The notes under the pieces are model-generated. The model was not told the DNA's origin, searched no databases, and saw nothing but the letters and a program-made list of their open reading frames with translations. A DNA stretch of 60,206 nucleotides, filler included. It is 9 parts of 9 records of this genome, joined end to end, with 100 filler letters (N's around TTAATTAATTAA, not from the genome) between each part and the next. Parts side by side here need not be neighbours in the genome. Positions count along the whole stretch, not along the records: positions 37,323 to 42,929 come from SRR31147125_183309; positions 43,030 to 48,048 come from SRR31147125_183516; positions 48,149 to 53,277 come from SRR31147125_184524; positions 53,378 to 60,206 come from SRR31147125_184916; 5 more parts are not named here. One strand, 5' to 3'. Both the position numbers and the translations under genes were made by a program. Positions 40,307-54,121 of this stretch are shown in pieces. Positions within the stretch are counted from its first letter, which is position 1. Each line of letters begins with the position of its first letter.

Positions 40307-41402
40307 GCTGTACCTGCTCATAGAATGTCCTGCTTACCGGCAGGGGTGCGTCATCTTCATTGATGAGTGCGTGGGCAAGACTGCGGATTCTGAGTGCCTG
40401 GGTTGAGGCATTCATATCTCCTTCTTTAAGTCCCAGCCCGAGAGGGACATTGTTGGGTATCGCGAGGGAACTGTTCACCAGACGGGAGAAACCACCGTCG
40501 GTTCTGAGGTGCCGGGACAGGTTGCCGTAGATGAGTTTCAGGATCTCTTGTTTCTCGGAGTTGTCGATTTCCGGCAACTGCGGCCTGATGGTGATCAGCA
40601 GGTCCATCGTATTCCGGGTCCAGCACATATCCTCGGGAATCTGTGTTCTCAATGTGTCCAGAAGACTGGAGTAAAGTGCAACCGCCCTGGGCATCGGTAC
40701 ACCGAAGGACCTGTAGATGCTGGTGAGCTTGAACGCTCCGGACAGCTGCACATAGGGAATACCGCCACCCCACATCCCGCTCTGCCCGTCCTGGTGTTCC
40801 TCCAGGTACTTCCAGAGATAGTCCATGAAAGGCCGACGTCTCTCTTCGGTCATTCTGCGAAGGTAGGATGCAGCGACGGATATGTTGTCACAGGCCATCC
40901 AGGCATTATCCCAGGGACGCTCATCTATCCACGCCCTGAAGGAGTCAGTCCGCTCCAGATGCCCCGGCAGACTCCCATCTGCGGTTTCACCGGGAATCGG
41001 AAACTCCGGAGCGGAACCGAGAAGAGCCAGGCAGCGGCTGCTGTAGGAGACAGCCCGGCCGACCATACGGTCCACATTGGCCATCTCGTTCTGCTGATCG
41101 ATGAAATAACCCTCAGGCGTCTGCCTGGAACGGAAGTAGCTGATCAGCTTTCCGCGTATTGATTCCGGCATACCCGGGATAAGGCCGGATCGCTCAAGGA
41201 TGCTGATTGCCTGGGCCGTTGATTCGATATCCGGCTCAAACTGACGTGCGTGGATGGAACTCGTCGCGTAATAGAACCCGCCCCGGCCGGCGTCATATTG
41301 TCCGGCCAGCCAGGAGTAGAACCTGTCATACAGGTAGTCATAGTCCTGGATGAGGCGAAGGAGAGGCTCCTTTGTTTCGGCAGTCCGGGGTCCGATATTC
41401 AT
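40299..41402 (-). CDS. Hypothetical protein, probable alpha/alpha toroid
   Basis: Repeated Q-x-x-x-(x)-G-x-(F/W) motifs (QYDAGRGGF, RQTPEGYF, HQDGQSGMW, RTDGGF); overlaps both neighbouring genes. Confidence 0.7.
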   Translation of the reverse strand: MNIGPRTAETKEPLLRLIQDYDYLYDRFYSWLAGQYDAGRGGFYYATSSIHARQFEPDIESTAQAISILERSGLIPGMPESIRGKLISYFRSRQTPEGYFIDQQNEMANVDRMVGRAVSYSSRCLALLGSAPEFPIPGETADGSLPGHLERTDSFRAWIDERPWDNAWMACDNISVAASYLRRMTEERRRPFMDYLWKYLEEHQDGQSGMWGGGIPYVQLSGAFKLTSIYRSFGVPMPRAVALYSSLLDTLRTQIPEDMCWTRNTMDLLITIRPQLPEIDNSEKQEILKLIYGNLSRHLRTDGGFSRLVNSSLAIPNNVPLGLGLKEGDMNASTQALRIRSLAHALINEDDAPLPVSRTFYEQVQHD

Positions 41403-42507
41403 TAGTTCAAAGAACTCCCGGCTTCTGCTTCGGCAGCCGCCTGAATGAAGGCACCGATACCTTTCCTGTCATTCAGCCTTTTCGGTTCGCTCATGTAGTA
41501 CTCGAAAGAGCCATCCCTGTAGGGATTGTTTCCCAATCCGGCCACCTGGCATGTATCCAGCAGGTTCAGATGCCCCTCGTCAGCCGATTCGATCTTCAGA
41601 TTCGTCAGCGAATCGAAGGCTTTACGCCCGACTGCTGTGAGCTCAGTACTCAGGTAGTCCTTGCGGCAGCCTTTGAAGATGGCATAGGTGAACATACAGG
41701 ACGCGGATGTCTCCAGGTAATTATCCGACCGCCCCCCTGGTCGAGTATCTGATACCAGAGGCCGGTGTCCGGATCCTGGACGGCAGCCAGGGCCTCGACA
41801 AGCTGATTGAGGATTTCGATGATCCGGGCTCTTTTCGGATGACCAATCGGCAGATGGTCCAGAACATCCACCAATGCCGCCATGTACCAGCCCATGGCCC
41901 GTCCCCAGAAATGCGGAGAGCAGCCTGTATCGTCGTCGGCCCATTTCATTCCCCGGCTTTCATCATAGCCGTGGTAGAGAAGACCTGTTTTCGCATCCAC
42001 TGCCTTCTCATACATAAGAATGACCTGATGAGCCGTGTCATCGAAGACGCCTTCTTCCCCGAGAACAGATGCGTATTCCGCCAGGAACGGACTGCCCATG
42101 TAGATGCCGTCCAACCACATCTGATGAGGGTAGATGAACTTGTGCCAGAATCCGCCCTCCCGCGTCCTGGGATGTCGGAGGAGCTGCTGCCGCAGCTGGT
42201 GAATGGCCTGGAGGTACTTCGCCTCCCCGGTTTCTCTGAGTAGCAGGAACAGAAGTTTCCCGTTGTTGATGTGATCGATATTGTATTCCTCGGGCTGGTA
42301 CCGGCTGATGACACCCCGGGGATCAACAAACAGATCCATATTTGCTCTGATGTAGTCAAGGTATTTGTCGTCACCGGTAATCGCCCATACGGCTTCCAAT
42401 CCTTTGAAGATGACACCGTAGTCATAGGACCAATTGAACGGGAGCCGTGGCTCGCGTTCTATGACGGTATCCGCCATCCGGACGCACCACATGTTGTTCT
42501 GCTTCAT
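41402..42507 (-). CDS. Second GH105 hydrolase, frameshifted at C6 41732-41737
   Basis: WSYDYG, YNIDHI, FWHKFIYPHQMWLDGIYM, FWGRAMGW; one added G joins WYQILDQGG to RSDNYLETSASCMF. Confidence 0.9.
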
Positions 42508-42550
42508 CGGAAAACCTTATTCGTCAGACACATCAATATCTACAGCCCCG

Positions 42551-42929
42551 CTATTCCTTGACGGAGCCGAGAGTGACGCCGGTGATAAAATATTTCTGAG
42601 CGATGCTGTACATGAAGAGGAAGGGAAGCATCGTGACAATGATCGATGCATTCTTGAGCATCACATCGTAGCCGACAATACCCGGATCCATCAGGTTCTG
42701 TTCATTCAGGATCATCTCCCGTACTTTCATCTGGAAGTTCATCAGATCTCTTTCGCTGATGTACATGATGAAACTGAAGAACTCATTCCAGAAAAAGACA
42801 GCGAAGAACAACCCGATAGCCGCCAGCCCTGCTTTAGAGAGCGGCAGGACGATGGAGATGAATACCCTCAAGGGCGATGCACCGTCCATTTCAGCGGATT
42901 CGAAAAGGCTTATCGGAAGCTGCTCAAAG
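42551..42929 (-). CDS. Carbohydrate ABC transporter permease (5' partial)
   Basis: EAA-like ESAEMDGASPLRVF...LPLSK, WNEFF, QKYFITGVTLGSVKE. Confidence 0.88.
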
Positions 42930-43029
42930 NNNNNNNNNNNNNNNNNNNNNNNNNNNNNNNNNNNNNNNNNNNNTTAATTAATTAANNNNNNNNNNNNNNN
43001 NNNNNNNNNNNNNNNNNNNNNNNNNNNNN
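42930..43029. other. Artificial contig spacer
   Basis: N-run with central TTAATTAATTAA. Confidence 0.99.
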
Positions 43030-43030
43030 G

Positions 43031-45610
<2,580 letters not shown>

Positions 45611-45645
45611 GCGACGAACAACGATGAATCAATGCGAGGTGAACA

Positions 45646-46491
45646 ATGGAGAAGCCATTGCCTGAAGTGGTTATGCCTCAATGCCCGGTAAACAAATTGC
45701 TGGTGGGGCAGAAGGCCCTGGTTACCGGTGCCAACTCGGGCATTGGCAAAGCCGTTGCGATTGCACTGGGACACGCCGGGGCCGATGTGGTGGTCAACTA
45801 CGTGGTGAACCCGGAAGAGGCGGAGGAGGTGTGCGGAGAAATTGAACGCTGCGGCAGCAGGGCCCTGCCGGTTCGTGCAGATGTGTCGGACGAAGCCCAG
45901 GTGCTGGCGATGTTCACTCAGACCATCGAAGCGTTCGGGACCCTCGACATCCTGGTCAACAATGCGGGCATTCAGCGCGACGCGCCGTTTGAAGAAATGA
46001 GCCTGCAGCAGTGGCAACAGGTCATTGCTGTAAACCTGACCGGCCAGTTCCTCTGCGCCCGCGAGGCCATTCGCGAATTCAAGCGAAGGGGTGTGAACAG
46101 CAGCGTCTCCTGTGCGGCCGGCAAGATCATCTGCATGAGTTCCGTCCACGAACTGGTCCCGTGGGCCGGTCACGTGAACTATGCCGCGAGCAAGGGGGGT
46201 GTGATGCTGATGATGAAATCGATCGCCCAGGAGGTGGCACCCTACCGGATCAGGGTCAACAGCATCGGCCCGGGAGCCGTCCGCACCCCCATCAACCGTG
46301 CAGCCTGGAAATCCAAGGAAGCCTACGATAAACTCATGGAGCTGGTGCCATACAAGCGTATCGGCGAGCCGGACGATATCGCCCGCGCCGCCGTGTGGCT
46401 CGCCTCCGACGAGGCCGACTATATTAACGGTACAACGATGTTTATCGACGGGGGAATGACGCTGTACCCCGGGTTTACGGAGAACGGGTGA
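45646..46491 (+). CDS. SDR oxidoreductase, glucose 1-dehydrogenase-like
   Basis: TGANSGIG, NNAG, SSVHE, YAASK. Confidence 0.92.
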   Translation: MEKPLPEVVMPQCPVNKLLVGQKALVTGANSGIGKAVAIALGHAGADVVVNYVVNPEEAEEVCGEIERCGSRALPVRADVSDEAQVLAMFTQTIEAFGTLDILVNNAGIQRDAPFEEMSLQQWQQVIAVNLTGQFLCAREAIREFKRRGVNSSVSCAAGKIICMSSVHELVPWAGHVNYAASKGGVMLMMKSIAQEVAPYRIRVNSIGPGAVRTPINRAAWKSKEAYDKLMELVPYKRIGEPDDIARAAVWLASDEADYINGTTMFIDGGMTLYPGFTENG

Positions 46492-46535
46492 GCATGGTGA
46501 AGGAAGAACGAGAAACGACGAACGGAGCCGGACAA

Positions 46536-47158
46536 ATGATCGACATTTCAGTACCGCTGTTTTCAGGGATGCCCAATTGGCCCGGTGACCCACCGGTACA
46601 CATTACCCGGATGCGCGACCAGGCGTCAGGAGACAACGCGACGGCATCCCGTCTCGAAATGGCTGCGCACACAGGAACCCACATGGACGCCCCGCTGCAT
46701 TTCATTCAGGGAGCCCCCAGTATTGATTCCCTGCCGCTGGACGCGGTGATCGGTCCCTGCCGGGTCATCGAGTTAACGGATGAAAAACAGATCGAGAAGG
46801 CAGCGCTTGTCCGCCATTCACCGGAACCGGGCGAACGCATTCTGCTGAAGACCCGCAACTCACGCCGTCGCTGGTGGGAGGATCCTTTTGATACGGATTT
46901 TGTCTACATCGCAGCCGCCGCGGCCCGCTACCTCGCAAACAGCGGCATCGCCTGCATCGGTGTGGATTATCTTTCGGTCGGCGGCTACTATCAAGACGGG
47001 GTCGAGACCCACCGGGCACTGCTCGAGGCACAGATCTGGGTTATCGAGGGGCTCGATCTGACCGCAGTTGAGCCGGGCACCTATTTCCTGACCTGCCTGC
47101 CGCTGAAAATACGAGGGGGGACGGTGCTCCCGCCCGGGCAGTACTGAGCACAGTATAA
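46536..47158 (+). CDS. Cyclase/kynurenine formamidase (KynB-like) protein, frameshift at G6 47115-47120
   Basis: HTGTHMDAPLHF, GVDYLS, HRALL...IEGL; one added G restores LPLKIRGGDGAPARAVL. Confidence 0.88.
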
Positions 47159-47206
47159 CTGTGCCAGACAGACAGTCACCTGTCAGTTTCACAAGGGACG
47201 AGGGAC

Positions 47207-47241
47207 AAAAAAAGCCCCACTCTCTTGAGAGCGGGGCTTTT
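47207..47241. terminator. Bidirectional intrinsic terminator
   Basis: AAAAAAAGCCCCACTCTC-TT-GAGAGCGGGGCTTTT between convergent genes. Confidence 0.85.
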
Positions 47242-47267
47242 CGTCCTGATAGAACCGTAGCCTGGTT

Positions 47268-48048
47268 TCAGATTTCCAGGTACGAATCCGAGAACAGGGT
47301 TTCGCCCATGATGACCTTGACGGTCTTCACGTAGTCACCCAGCTCTTTTTCAAGCGAGGACGGATCCGGTGCGGTGCCGTCCATGGCCTGATGTACGGCA
47401 TCAACGATATCAGGCCGTTGTCCCTTCGCTACCGCGGTCAGATTATCATCGAGCGGATCACTGATGACCGACTTCATACCGTAGCGCTCGAGCATGACCA
47501 TGTAGGTCGTGTTCAGAATCGGGCGCAACTCTACCGGCGGTCCGTTCGAGATATTGGACAGGCCACAGGTCGACTTGGCGCCCGGTGCGATGTCTTCGAG
47601 CATCATCTGGAAGTTCATCAGGCTGACCAGTTGGGGCTGCTGAATATTCACCGGCGTCACGATGCCGTCCACCCAGATGCGTTCGTTTTCGATGCCCGCT
47701 TCGTTTGCTGCATAGAGCAGTTCAACGGCCAGTGCGGCGCGCTCGTTCTCATCACGCGGCAGTCCGTCCGGTCCCCACAGCAGCGCGACCATATCGGCGT
47801 TATACTGTGCAGCGAGCGGCAACATCACCTCGTAACGCTCCGGCCTTGCCATAATGGAGTTGATAACGTGCGGCTTATCGCAGGGCTTGAGTACCTTCAG
47901 CCCTTCCTCGATAGCCTGGATGTTCGACGTGTCCAGAAGCAACGGAAGATCCGGTACAACCTCCTGGACAATCTCGCACACCCACGGCATCAGCTCGTGG
48001 CCGTCTTTTTTGGCCGGTCCGAGGTTGATGTCGATGTAGTCCATCCCT
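47268..48048 (-). CDS. acsE: Methyltetrahydrofolate:corrinoid Fe-S protein methyltransferase (pterin-binding TIM barrel; 5' partial)
   Basis: DYIDINLGP, LLDTSN, INSI, GLPRD...ER, TCGLSNISNG, LNTTYMVML, LFSDSYLEI. Confidence 0.8.
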
Positions 48049-48148
48049 NNNNNNNNNNNNNNNNNNNNNNNNNNNNNNNNNNNNNNNNNNNNTTAATTAA
48101 TTAANNNNNNNNNNNNNNNNNNNNNNNNNNNNNNNNNNNNNNNNNNNN
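48049..48148. other. Artificial contig spacer
   Basis: N-run with central TTAATTAATTAA. Confidence 0.99.
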
Positions 48149-48848
48149 GGGGGGAGTTCCTCTGCTCAGGAGAAGCAGGAGACCTTCGACGAACTGCTTG
48201 CACGGATAGAGGAGACCCGTCTCGGGTTCGCCCAGCGCTGGAAAAACGCCGATGTTGAGGAGAAACGGCAGATAAGGGAGGAGGCTCGTCGATTCATCGT
48301 CGATGTCGTGGCGGAGGATATCGTGCCCATGTGGAAGGGGGTACCGTGGACCATGGCGGTGATCGATGACGGCCTCAAACCCAACGCCGAGCGTCCGGGG
48401 CAGAAGGGAGGGGCATCTCTTGCAGCTGGTTCGTGGTGCGGGTTCTTCAAAATGCCGCAGTGCGCTTCGTGAGCGACAAGGCCTTCGCCGGCACCATAGC
48501 CATTCACTTTCAAAAGGCCCTTTCTCCCAGGAAAAAGATATCAAGAGGTACTGGAGCATCACTCCGGCCCAGCTTGAAAAGCGCTTTGTCGGGTTGGGGG
48601 ACGGGCTTTACGTTATTGGCCTCAACTGCCACATCGGCCTGGTACATGTGAAAGGGGAGAAGGTGCGCTTTCTCCATTCATCCTATGTCGAGCCCTACCA
48701 GGTCGTTGTGGAAGATCTGGTGGAATCCGAGGCCATCGCCCTGTCCGAGGACGCGGGATATGTGGTCTCCCCACTATTCAAAGGGATCCGTCTCATAGAT
48801 AGCTGGATAACCGGAACCAAGATCCCGTTCAGAAAACCGTCTCGCTAG
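48149..48848 (+). CDS. Hypothetical protein, possible NlpC/P60-like fold; two frameshifts (~48408, ~48535); 5' partial
   Basis: Stitched reading IVPMWKGVPW...GISCSWFVVRVLQNA...GLYVIGLNCHIGLV...FLHSSY. Confidence 0.55.
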
Positions 48849-48857
48849 TTGAGTTCT

Positions 48858-49379
48858 CTACCAGTCGCTTTGAGAAGGTTCGCAGTTGGCTTTCATCAAG
48901 GAGAGGGTGTGGTCCTCCGGGATGAACACGACCGCGTCGGCGCGCACTTCCCAGGTCTGGGCGATGGTGGTGGGTTCAGAGGATTTGTCCTCCGTGTTCC
49001 AGTAGGTCACTTCCCGGGTGCGCACATTTGCGAGTCCGTGGGCCCCGGCACGGTGGGCGTGTTTGCGCATCTCCATGACCAGATCCTTGGTGTCTTGTTT
49101 GGAATGTCCTGTCCGGGTGTTCTGGAGAACGCCGATTTTGAAGAACGGACGCTGGGGGGTTCCTTTGAATACTTTAATGCCTCTAGGTGTAGAAGGGGCG
49201 TTGGTAAATAGCTGGGAACCCCTGATGAGAGCCGCTTCGTTGACACAGCTCTCGGGGAAATACACCACCTGTGACGCACACCCGATCGAGAAGAGCAAAG
49301 ACAAACCAACAATTGCGATAAGAGATTTCATAAAGCCGAATATCCGATTTCGTTCGCCGACAGTGCTACCTATCATCAA
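48858..49379 (-). CDS. Hypothetical lipoprotein-like protein
   Basis: MKSLIAIVGLSLLFSIGC lipobox-like segment; PQRPFFKIG...MRKHAHRAGAHGL. Confidence 0.6.
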   Translation of the reverse strand: MMIGSTVGERNRIFGFMKSLIAIVGLSLLFSIGCASQVVYFPESCVNEAALIRGSQLFTNAPSTPRGIKVFKGTPQRPFFKIGVLQNTRTGHSKQDTKDLVMEMRKHAHRAGAHGLANVRTREVTYWNTEDKSSEPTTIAQTWEVRADAVVFIPEDHTLSLMKANCEPSQSDW

Positions 49380-49638
49380 GCCTTCTTCCCTATCCTACCC
49401 CAACCAAGCAACCCCATCCCATAATATTAAGTGTCAAAATAACAACAAATGGTTCAACTTCGTTTGAAAAATGAGTCCTGCCTACACTTTCAACCCTCAC
49501 CAAAGGTCCAGAGCCGGCGTTTTTCGTGGGATTCCATTTTTCATGCCAGAGTGGAAGGATCGTCATCGGCCCTTTTTCGGTTTCCCGTGTCGGCCCATGG
49601 AGGTAGAATTCGTTCTTCTGACAAAGAAGGAGAAAGAA

Positions 49639-50091
49639 ATGAACAGAACCGTACTAGGGGTAATAGCAGCAGTGGTGCTCGGTGGCGGATACTCGGCCTT
49701 TGACTACTTTACCGGCAACGAGACAGGGGAAACCTGTATTTACAACGACGACTGCAAGGGCAACCTCAGCCTTTTCAATATGGTGGACATGGGGGCCCAG
49801 TGCCTCCAGGACGAAACCGGCTTCTACTGCACCATGGAGTGCGGGACCACCGCGGACTGCCCCGCCGGCTGGACTTGCGAGATTGTTTACATAACTGAGA
49901 ACGGCATCGAGACCGGCCAGACCAATAACGTCTGCGCCAGGCCCATCCCCGGCCAGATGCCCGCGGCCCTTCCCGGTCAGGTCCCCGCTGCGGTTCCGGG
50001 ACAGGTCCCCGCTGCAGTTCCGGGACAAGTCCCCGCTGCGGTTCCCGGTCAGGTTCCGGTCCAGCCAGTGGCACCGGTCCCGACCCAGTAG
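49639..50091 (+). CDS. Membrane-anchored Cys-rich protein with Pro-rich repeat tail
   Basis: AAGGAG RBS; hydrophobic N-terminus; GETCIYNDDC...YCTMECGTTADCPAGWTC...C; (PGQVPAAV)n tail. Confidence 0.75.
   Translation: MNRTVLGVIAAVVLGGGYSAFDYFTGNETGETCIYNDDCKGNLSLFNMVDMGAQCLQDETGFYCTMECGTTADCPAGWTCEIVYITENGIETGQTNNVCARPIPGQMPAALPGQVPAAVPGQVPAAVPGQVPAAVPGQVPVQPVAPVPTQ
49948..50058 (+). repeat. 24-bp coding tandem repeat, about 4.6 copies
   Basis: Units encode PGQ(M/V)PAA(L/V) and differ mostly at synonymous positions. Confidence 0.9.
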
Positions 50092-50146
50092 AACCCGCCC
50101 AACCCTCCTTGCAACCTAGATCTACACCGAACAGAAAGACCGTTGG

Positions 50147-52379
50147 ATGAGCAAGAAAGAACATATGAAGGCCATCTTGGAGTTTCTCTCCAGGGGCGAA
50201 TACCACCGAATACGACCCAGAAAGCTGGCTCGCAAGATGGGCGTAAGCGGCGAGCAATACGGAGAGTTCCGGGCTGCCTACAAGGAGCTGAGGGACACGG
50301 GCCGCTTGGTCCTGGGAGCTCAAAACGCTCTCACTTTGCCTGCAGTGGACAAGACAATCACCGGGCGTTTCAAGTCAAACCCCAGGGGCTTCGGTTTCAT
50401 TGTTCCCGATGACCCCGACACCTCGGCGGACCTGTTTGTACCTGCCTCGAAAACCGGGGGCGCCATGAGCGGGGATCTGGTGAAAGCGCGGGTTATCAAT
50501 CAAGGCAAGCGCCAGGGGAAGATGAAGTACGCCGGGGAGATCATCGATGTGCTCGAGAGGGGGCTGTCCAGGTTGGTCGGCACCCTCGAGCAGGCCGAGA
50601 CCCATTGGTTCGTTATCCCAGACGGCCGTCGGGTCACTTCGCCGGTTGTGATCAGGGATATTTCCGAGAAGGAGTACTCCCCGGAGCCAAGGTGGTAATC
50701 GAAATCACGTCTTATCCGTCCGAGGGGGAATTGGCCTCGGGGGTGATCGTCGAACGCCTTGGAAAGAAAGGGGAGCTGGACGCGGAGATTGACTCCACCG
50801 TGAGGGCTTTCGGTATCTCTCACGAATTTCCGAAAGAGGTGTTGGAGCAGTCCAGGAATGCGGCTCTTACCTTCAACGCGGAGGTCTCGGGAACCCGAAA
50901 GGATCTGACCGGGATCACGACCATTACCATCGATCCGGACACGGCCAAGGACTACGACGACGCCATCAGCTTGGAGAAGAGGAACGGGGGCGTTCGTCTT
51001 GGAGTGCATATCGCCGACGTCTCACACTTCGTGCCCGAGGGATCCCCCTTGGATGCGGAGGCTAGGCAGCGGGGTACGAGCGTTTACTTCCCTCGCAAAG
51101 TTGTTCCCATGCTTCCGGAAACACTCTCCAACGGGGTCTGCTCCCTCCAAGAAGGGGTGGAGCGCTACGTCAAGACCGCGTTTATCGACTATGACGATCA
51201 AGGGCATATCACTGGTTTTGAGCTGGCTGAGGGAGTGATCTGCTCGGACAAACGACTCACATATACCCAGGCCCAGAAGATCTGCGATGGGGAGGATACC
51301 GATGTCTCTTCGGAGATCGTAGCCTTGGTCAAAGATATGGAGGCCCTGGCTAGAAAGATCGAGAAGCGGCGCCGCGGGGAAGGGATGCTCCATCTGGACC
51401 TTCCTGAAGTGGAGCTCATCCTGGACAAGGAGGGCAAGGTGGCGGATGCCCAGCCCGCTGATGATGCATACACCCACACGATCATCGAGATGTTCATGGT
51501 GGAAGCCAACGATGTGGTGGCGGGCTTTTTCGCCAAGCGCAAGGAGCCGCTGATTCGGCGCGTCCACCCCACCCCCGACGACGAGGCGATTTCACAGCTC
51601 CAGGCATTCGCGGGGCTTGTGGACATCGAGTTCCCGACAGCCCCACTCGGCAGGAGCTGCAGGCTCTGGTTGACTCCGTGAATGATCTTCCCGAGTCCCA
51701 CGCCATAAATCTGGCGGTGTTGCGATCGTTCCAGAAGGCCACCTACTCTTTGGAGGAGGAGGGGCACTTCGCCCTTGCCAGCGAAAACTACTGCCACTTT
51801 ACAAGCCCTATCAGGCGGTACCCGGATCTAACGGTCCATCGAACACTGGCAAGGTTCCTCAAAGGTGAGCCGCGGCCCAAGAACCAGGACAGGGAGAGCC
51901 TTGAGGACCTGGCCCACCACCTTTCCGTGCGGGAGCGCAACGCCGAATCAGCGGAGCTGGAGCTGAAGCAGGTGATGATCCTCCACCACCTCTCGCGAAG
52001 TGTGGGAGCTACCTTCGAGGGAGTGATAACCGGGGTGGCGGATTTCGGGATCTTCGTCCAGTTCCCCAAATTCCAGGTGGAGGGCGTGATTCGTTTGCCC
52101 GACCTGGGTGACGATTGGTGGGATGTCTCAGCCAAGTACGGCACGGTTCGCGGAGAGGTCTCCGGGGTTACTTATCGAATAGGAGATCCAATGGAGGTGC
52201 GCATCGCCAAGGTTGACGTTCCCATGCGTCAGATGGACCTGGTCCCCTCCGAGTACGAGCACAAAAGCGCCGTTCCCACAAAAACGCGCCCCAAACCCCC
52301 CAGCCCAGAAGAAAAAGAGGCCGACGCCCCGGAGAAGGCCGCCGCCAGCGAAGGGGTTAGTAAAAAAAGGAGATACTGA
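50147..52379 (+). CDS. rnr: Ribonuclease R, two frameshifts (~50670 and G4 51612-51615)
   Basis: RGFGFI, TIDPDTAKDYDDAIS, RGTSVYFP...PMLP, IEMFMVEAN, HFTSPIRRYPDL, S1 domain. Confidence 0.93.
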
Positions 52380-52380
52380 A

Positions 52381-52809
52381 ATGAGATTGGTTCCTGTGCT
52401 TTTGATTGTTGCTGCATGTGTTTCGATCTTCGGGTGCAAAGATGATGGTTCTGATTCTGAGCCCGGGCTCTGTGATCGCATATGCGAGGTGGAATTTGTT
52501 GGTGAGAAAGAGTGGGCGGACGAGTGGTGTGATGGTTTTTCAGTATCCGACCAGGAGGTGATGGAGGGGTGCGTCGACAGCTGCAATCAGTACTACGATG
52601 ATCTGGATGAGGACGAACAAGAGGAGGTTGATGACTGCTTCTTGTGCCTGCTCGAACTCATAGATTCGGGAGAAGAGTCCGAGTTCGGTGATATAGGTGA
52701 GCAGGATGAATGTGAATGCAACACCGATGGTGTCGGTGATTTCACGGATTTCTATTACGACTGGATGTCCGAGGATATGTACAACGATCCCAATGAGAGT
52801 TGCATGTAG
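52381..52809 (+). CDS. Acidic Cys-rich lipoprotein, hypothetical
   Basis: AAGGAG RBS; MRLVPVLLIVAACVSIFGC lipobox; CxxxC pairs; very D/E-rich. Confidence 0.7.
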   Translation: MRLVPVLLIVAACVSIFGCKDDGSDSEPGLCDRICEVEFVGEKEWADEWCDGFSVSDQEVMEGCVDSCNQYYDDLDEDEQEEVDDCFLCLLELIDSGEESEFGDIGEQDECECNTDGVGDFTDFYYDWMSEDMYNDPNESCM

Positions 52810-52873
52810 CGCTCATCCTGGCGCGAAACCACGCTCTTTTCCGCAACAGTTCAACAGTTGAGCTTGATAGATT

Positions 52874-53277
52874 CTATTTTACAAGTTCATAGGTATTGAC
52901 GATGTCGAAATCCTTGGGGTGGCCTTTGGGGATTTTTATGAAGCCCACGGGATCGTCGGGAATTTTCTCGCGTTTTATGGTGCAGGCGCCGTCTTTTTTG
53001 GGCGTGCAGGCCAGGGTTTCAAGCCAGTGGTATCTTAGGACGATCTCCTCATTGGGATCGGTATTGCGTACGGAGATCAGGTTCATGGAGGCTTCGACCT
53101 CGCCGCTGCCTTTCTGGAAGAAGTTGGGGGGTATTTTGCTTTCGAAGATTACGTGGTGCCCCAGCTGGATCACTCGCTTGAGGATTCTCGGTGAGTCGTA
53201 GAAGCGCTTGAAGGTTACCGATGCGACCACGTACTTGACTGCATAGCCTTCAATGAAACGGCGCATCTTTCCAGGGG
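52874..53277 (-). CDS. Hypothetical protein C-terminus (5' partial)
   Basis: Open frame from the contig edge: YAVKYVV...IVLRYHWLETL. Confidence 0.55.
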
Positions 53278-53377
53278 NNNNNNNNNNNNNNNNNNNNNNN
53301 NNNNNNNNNNNNNNNNNNNNNTTAATTAATTAANNNNNNNNNNNNNNNNNNNNNNNNNNNNNNNNNNNNNNNNNNNN
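53278..53377. other. Artificial contig spacer
   Basis: N-run with central TTAATTAATTAA. Confidence 0.99.
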
Positions 53378-54089
53378 GTCCCAACCCATGCCTTTTCGTC
53401 CGACGATCTCTTTTATTTGCCCTTATACGGGGATCGCATTTAAATAGCTCCGGCTGGTTTTCAGGGACGATGCCATTTCCATCATCGTGAACGCAGATTT
53501 CAAGATTAGGCCTTTTAATAGCCATATGAACAATAATTCGGAACTTCTTGTGTTGAAGTGCGTTTCTCACTAAATTGTTTAAGATATGGCTGAGCTTTGC
53601 CTCGTCCTGATACAGAACGAGTTCTTTAACTTCTGTAGATATATCCAAAAATATGCCATTGGACGATAGGTATGCATTTCGCTGATCGATGTCAGACTTA
53701 CCCCCATGCGGATCACCAATCGGCTTAAAACTCTCTGTTTCCAGCAGCGTCACCAATATTTCGGTCGCGAAATGGACAACATTGAATTTACTGAGATTGA
53801 AACGACCAGTATGACTGCTCCCCACCTCGAGTATACTCTGGGCAATGTTATCAATTTTTGCTGTGCATCGAAGGCACCGTTTTAGCGCTCTTTCCTGAAA
53901 TTCACTTAACTGACCATACTTATTTTGCCACTCAAGGAGCATCCGGTTATTATTTTCAATCACACTCAAGGGGCCCTTGAGTTCATGAACGAGTAATTGA
54001 ATATCGAGCTGACGAAAAAAATCTTGCACCTCCTTATGGCGCGATGAAGGTTGATTTTGGTTTTCGTTTGTCATTGTAAAATCGTTCAT
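53378..54089 (-). CDS. Sensor-less histidine kinase (HisKA-HATPase; 3' partial)
   Basis: LVHELKGPL (H-box), NLVRNAL (N-box), DDGNGI (G1), HGLG (G2). Confidence 0.85.
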
Positions 54090-54121
54090 TCTTGCCCGCT
54101 AGAGGGTTAAAACAATATCGG

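Noticed and set aside
49948-50058. CRISPR or mobile repeat
   Set aside because: Contiguous in-frame 24-bp coding repeats with no spacers.
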